This document shows, in pieces, positions 28,001 through 30,604 of a stretch of DNA of 30,604 nt. The translations under genes and the position numbers were made by a program. Numbering within the stretch: position 1 is the first letter of the stretch; every line of letters begins with the position of its first letter. The notes beneath the pieces are model-generated. The model did not search any database and was not told the origin of the DNA. It saw nothing but the letters and a program-made list of their open reading frames with translations. This DNA is from a virus (lineage: Duplodnaviria; Caudoviricetes): positions 1 through 30,604 of IMG/VR virus record IMGVR_UViG_3300025382_000032; one strand, given 5' to 3'.

Positions 28001-28149
28001 ATGTTGGTAATCAATTTACCAGGTGATGCAGCATTGGCAATCTGCGAAACAGAAGCCTGTTTTGTTACTCCACCTTGAACGACCGGAATTTGCTCAGCAC
28101 CAGTTAGGTTATAAGCAATCGGTAGTTGTGTTATCGACTGATCGGCCAT
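25063..28149 (-). CDS. Fibre-like virion protein with two long (Ser-Gly-X)n collagen-like blocks (1028 aa)
   Basis: N-terminal ITQLP..LTGAEQIPVVQGGVTK anchor-like motif; repeat blocks separated by a globular domain; GTSGYVLTTQG..APTW fibre linker; ends INGGVF. Confidence 0.8.
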   Translation of the reverse strand: MADQSITQLPIAYNLTGAEQIPVVQGGVTKQASVSQIANAASPGKLITNMTYTPSNGNINVYYSDGSTQVLGPVSGWSGYSGYSGYSGTNGTDGTSGYSGYSGINGASGYSGINGASGYSGWSGYSGYSGSGISGFSGFSGYSGFSGASGISGFSGLSGFSGFSGYSGVSGLSGFSGISGYSGSGISGYSGYSGFSGISGTSGYSGISGYSGFSGASGYSGMSGISGFSGISGYSGSGISGYSGYSGFSGISGYSGYSGISGYSGYSGISGYSGSGVSGYSGFSGISGYSGSGVSGYSGYSGFSGISGYSGYSGISGYSGISGYSGYSGISGYSGISGYSGSGISGYSGFSGISGYSGYSGISGYSGISGYSGISGYSGFSGTPGNSTVAFQYKTNTATTSGYPGDGFLLWNNATQTSATVVSVSHLTQTNIDIDIFLANIINGEEFIIQDQVDSGNYQIWQVTGTPTNTNLDSATSYWNYPVTLIKSHGSGTTNLPNNEPVILGIVNGVSGFSGYSGFSGYSGAIGTSGFSGISGYSGTSGFSGISGYSGTSGFSGISGYSGTSGYSGSGVSGYSGTSGYSGISGYSGQVGTSGYSGYSGFSGISGATGSSGISGYSGYSGTSGYSGTSGYSGISGYSGISGYSGYSGISGYSGFSGFSGISGATGSSGISGYSGFSGYSGQVGTSGYSGISGYSGYSGGTGTNGTSGYSGYSGFSGISGFNGSAGVSGYSGFSGYSGQVGLSGFSGYSGFSGYSGTSGYSGLNGPSTAINATNSTTNANYYLVSVPTLGSNQTPYGFSTNALTFNGSTGVLTSPDYVANGSIASAASAGAFSYGTLNYTDTNIFASFQASVNTYAQMILQNTSTGTQASADFIVSSNAGTSGTNYGDFGINGSGFSSAGGFAAPNETYLYSTGGDLAIGTFSSNSIHFVIGNSTTDAMTINTSGAVAFNGTYGTSGYVLTTQGSGYAPTWTSSNAGSVSVSNSTATTNYLVLVTGVSGSQPVYTNTGITYNGTTNAVTAGINGGVF
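25855..26619 (-). repeat. 9-nt period coding repeat, block 2 (SGY/SGF/SGI/SGT), including a 36-nt near-perfect triple at ~26461-26571
   Basis: ccactataaccagagataccgctaaagccagaagta repeated. Confidence 0.95.
27001..27927 (-). repeat. 9-nt period coding repeat, block 1 (about 100 Ser-Gly-X triplets)
   Basis: accactata/gccagaaat-type units; translation SGYSGISGF... Confidence 0.95.
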
Positions 28150-28160
28150 TTATTATTCTT

Positions 28161-28784
28161 TTAAGTGTATGTAAATTCACCGTGCAAGGTGGAAGTCCCA
28201 AAAGTAGAAAAGACAGACAAATCAACAAGGCCAGTAACGGCATATGCAGGTGTGATTGCTGTCATTTCGGTTGGACTTACTACATTAAAACTAGGTACAT
28301 TAACACCTCCTAATGTAACATTAGTAATGTTGACAAAATTGGTACCATGTATTGTAATTGCTGTACCACCAGCTTGAGTTCCGCTTGATGGAGATATTGA
28401 GTAAAGCGTTGGAATGGTTGACGATGGGAAAAACAGATAAGTACTATCTAAATTCAAATCGCCAGTTGATCCAGCATAGTTTCCATTACCAGTAACAAAA
28501 ACGGAATTATTATTTTGAAATCCATTTTCGGTTAACAACTGATTACCACCAATTGGGCCAGTAGCAATATTGGCATCTGGTCTTGGAAAACGCAACGCAA
28601 TGTTTTCAGTTTGACGAGCTGGCAAACGCCATGGATCAAACTTATCTAGGTCGTCCTTGCACACCCGCATCCCAGGGAAATTGGGATCAGGCATTAATTC
28701 TACATATGGAAACTTCCTATTGCAGCGGTCACAGACCGCTACAGATAGGACAGAGTTACCACGGGTGTCAAGGTAGACAGGCAT
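28161..28784 (-). CDS. CxxC-containing phage protein fused to an IPT/TIG (Ig-like) domain (207 aa)
   Basis: AVCDRC..RVC..D.FDP..PRPD N-terminus; PTLYSISPSSGTQAGGTAITIHGTNF...FTY C-terminus. Confidence 0.8.
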   Translation of the reverse strand: MPVYLDTRGNSVLSVAVCDRCNRKFPYVELMPDPNFPGMRVCKDDLDKFDPWRLPARQTENIALRFPRPDANIATGPIGGNQLLTENGFQNNNSVFVTGNGNYAGSTGDLNLDSTYLFFPSSTIPTLYSISPSSGTQAGGTAITIHGTNFVNITNVTLGGVNVPSFNVVSPTEMTAITPAYAVTGLVDLSVFSTFGTSTLHGEFTYT

Positions 28785-28793
28785 TTAACTGCC

Positions 28794-29585
28794 TTACGCG
28801 GTTTGACCGTTGTTCTTGATTAACTTACCAGCGATAATTACACCTGCTGCAATAGTACCTGTACTAGTTACTAATTGCCATTGAATGTCTGTTTTTTCAG
28901 AATACAAAAATGGATCAGACGATCTGTTAGCTGTATAAATAGACACAAATGGTTGTTGCAATACAGTTAATTTAACACCGTTGGTGTTATTAATAGCCTG
29001 TACTTTGTAAGTAATAATAGTGGAACCAGTATAGCTATTAGAAGTATTAACTTCCGCTAAATCTAAGTAAAAGCTATAGCCAGCGGGCACAGTATAAATA
29101 GTACTTTGCGACTTACCAATACCAGCGTTAATTTGAGCAACAATATTGCTAGACTGCTTTACTGTAATTACACCAGCGTTAGTGGTTTGGCTTGTACCAG
29201 GTGAAGTCATTAACAAACTATTAATACGTAAGTAACTGTTAACCGTTGTAACACCTGTTGTACCATTTAATGCAATAGTTTCAGATATTGGTGCAAAGTT
29301 TGCATCCAAACCAGAAATTAAAATCTTTGCGTTGGTATCATCAGAAGCAGATGTGCTTACTACCGTCATCGTTGTAGCTGATGTTGGGTATGTGTAAACA
29401 GTAGCATTTTCCCAAACGGGGATAGATGTTGTTGTTACTGAAGACTGGTAACCAAACAAACTTAATGTTTGGTGCCCCATAATTTGATTACGTGAAACTT
29501 GCAAATCAAATGGCTCGTAAGCGCCTTGAACGGTTACGGAATGGGGAGGAGATGGATTTTGCTGTAAATTTGTGACAAGTGCCAT
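28794..29585 (-). CDS. Putative virion structural protein (263 aa)
   Basis: Beta-rich Ser/Thr composition; lies in the head gene block; AAGGA SD. Confidence 0.65.
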   Translation of the reverse strand: MALVTNLQQNPSPPHSVTVQGAYEPFDLQVSRNQIMGHQTLSLFGYQSSVTTTSIPVWENATVYTYPTSATTMTVVSTSASDDTNAKILISGLDANFAPISETIALNGTTGVTTVNSYLRINSLLMTSPGTSQTTNAGVITVKQSSNIVAQINAGIGKSQSTIYTVPAGYSFYLDLAEVNTSNSYTGSTIITYKVQAINNTNGVKLTVLQQPFVSIYTANRSSDPFLYSEKTDIQWQLVTSTGTIAAGVIIAGKLIKNNGQTA

Positions 29586-29609
29586 AATTAATTTCCTTTA
29601 ATGTTAAAT

Positions 29610-29628
29610 TAGGGGGCAAAGCCCCCTA
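29610..29628 (-). terminator. GC-rich hairpin (weak terminator or processing/stability element)
   Basis: tagggggc-aaa-gcccccta directly after a stop codon; only ATTT follows on the minus strand. Confidence 0.5.
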
Positions 29629-29633
29629 GGCAA

Positions 29634-30203
29634 TTAATTATTGGTGTAACCTTGACCAACGTTGGTGATAGAGCCATCATAGTTACGAGCTGTATATTCA
29701 ACAGTAAAAGTACCTGCTAAAGAACCAGTAATTGCACTGATAGTAGCTTGGCTAAACTGAATAGTTGCGTCCAAAGTGCCAATATTTGCCAACAAAGCTG
29801 TAGCAGCTGCTGTTGTAGCAAAAGAAATAGAGATGATACCACCGTTAGTTGCTGTTGGGGTAATTGTGCCAATAGCTGTGGTTGTTACAGCACCAGTAGT
29901 TGGGTTGGTAACCAAAAGGTTAACAGTAACAACACCACCAGTTAAAGCTGAAGGAATTGTAGTTTCGTAAAACTTAACGTTTTCAATAATTGAACCAGCT
30001 GGCAATACAAATGGGGTTGCAGTTGTCTGACCAATATCATAAGTTGGTAGAACTACAGCACCAGAAGTGGTAGCGGTAATTGGATTGATGTAGCTTTGTT
30101 GAGATACACGAGCTGCACCAGTGTTGTCTGGGGCGATTGTGCCGTTATTTGAAGAGTTGTTGTACTTGTAAATACGTACTGGTTGATTAAATGTTACAGA
30201 CAT
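29634..30203 (-). CDS. Putative capsid decoration/minor capsid protein (189 aa)
   Basis: First gene after the MCP; TFNQPVR start and LPAGSII motif; Thr-rich beta composition. Confidence 0.65.
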   Translation of the reverse strand: MSVTFNQPVRIYKYNNSSNNGTIAPDNTGAARVSQQSYINPITATTSGAVVLPTYDIGQTTATPFVLPAGSIIENVKFYETTIPSALTGGVVTVNLLVTNPTTGAVTTTAIGTITPTATNGGIISISFATTAAATALLANIGTLDATIQFSQATISAITGSLAGTFTVEYTARNYDGSITNVGQGYTNN

Positions 30204-30229
30204 TTGATTTTTCCTATCAAGAGTTTATA

Positions 30230-30284
30230 GCCCCACTCAGTCGCTTGATCGTCTACTGGGAAGAGGCAGTAGTCTGTTGGGGGC
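30230..30284 (-). ncRNA. Structured RNA leader downstream of the MCP, candidate Mu-gpT-DE-like motif
   Basis: Nested stems GCCCC/GGGGC, CAG/CTG, CTACTG/CAGTAG; context downstream of a gpT-like capsid gene; family assignment rests on context only. Confidence 0.55.
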
Positions 30285-30291
30285 AAATCTT

Positions 30292-30330
30292 CCTATAACT
30301 ACTTATGCAACTTTTAGAGAAAAAACGCCC
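30292..30330 (-). promoter_or_regulatory. Putative phage late promoter, copy 1 (GGGCGT-N14-TTGCATAAGTAG-w-TATA)
   Basis: Matches 17425-17463; lies directly after the MCP terminator. Confidence 0.75.
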
Positions 30331-30337
30331 TAAAATG

Positions 30338-30368
30338 CAAAAAAGCCACCTTGTGGGTGGCTTTTTTG
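30338..30368. terminator. Rho-independent terminator, bidirectional, after the MCP
   Basis: caaaaaagccacc-ttgtg-ggtggcttttttg. Confidence 0.92.
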
Positions 30369-30387
30369 ACTTACTGCGTGGTTTGGA

Positions 30388-30604
30388 TTACAAACCAGGG
30401 GTTCCGTAGATGTTACGTGCATCGTGCCAGCCGGTCGCATAGCGCTCGGTAGCTTTGTAACGCATAGAATCAGTCTCGAAATCGCCTTCCATGGATTTCT
30501 CCATTGGACGACGCATAACAAGCATGAGACCATTTTCAGCATCAGTCTGTACCCACCAAGCTTTGGATGAGCTCAAACGGGTTACAACGTGTGTACCCTT
30601 TGGC
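30388..30604 (-). CDS. Major capsid protein C-terminus (HK97 fold, Mu gpT-like family), 5' truncated
   Basis: LSSSKAWWVQTD..GL...R......EGDFETDSMRYKATERY..GW.D.R.IYGTPG. Confidence 0.9.
   Translation of the reverse strand, partial: PKGTHVVTRLSSSKAWWVQTDAENGLMLVMRRPMEKSMEGDFETDSMRYKATERYATGWHDARNIYGTPGL

Noticed and set aside
30330-30542. 70 aa alternative-frame ORF as a frameshift extension of the capsid protein
   Set aside because: It runs through the terminator hairpin and I see no clear slippery site near the MCP stop
1-30604. tRNA genes, integrase, transposase, introns, or stop-codon reassignment
   Set aside because: Genes tile the window under the standard code with tiny gaps; no such motifs seen

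Overview
A 30.6 kb segment of a tailed dsDNA phage, most likely a podovirus-like phage of a Gram-negative host (it has a spanin pair and a P22 gp10-like nozzle, and I see no tail tube or sheath genes). The + strand carries only the 3' end of a family A DNA polymerase. Everything else is one minus-strand late region. In transcription order it holds: the major capsid C-terminus; a terminator, promoter-like motif and structured RNA leader; capsid/accessory proteins; a 1028 aa (Ser-Gly-X)n fibre protein; a glycosyltransferase/methyltransferase cluster; two paralogous collar-domain fibres with accessory genes; a lysis cassette including an embedded o-spanin missing from the ORF track; adaptor and nozzle proteins; and large internal/ejection proteins. 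The most interesting signals are (1) a candidate fibre-tailoring system, in which Ser-Gly-X repeat fibres flank glycosyltransferases and the same ~42 bp cis-element heads both the glycosylation operon and a Cys-protein/cupin operon; (2) a bipartite promoter-like motif present twice with identical spacing; and (3) a recurrent (hydrophobic)-x-x-Gly-Gly motif shared among putative internal head proteins. All calls come from reading motifs by eye; no database searches were run.
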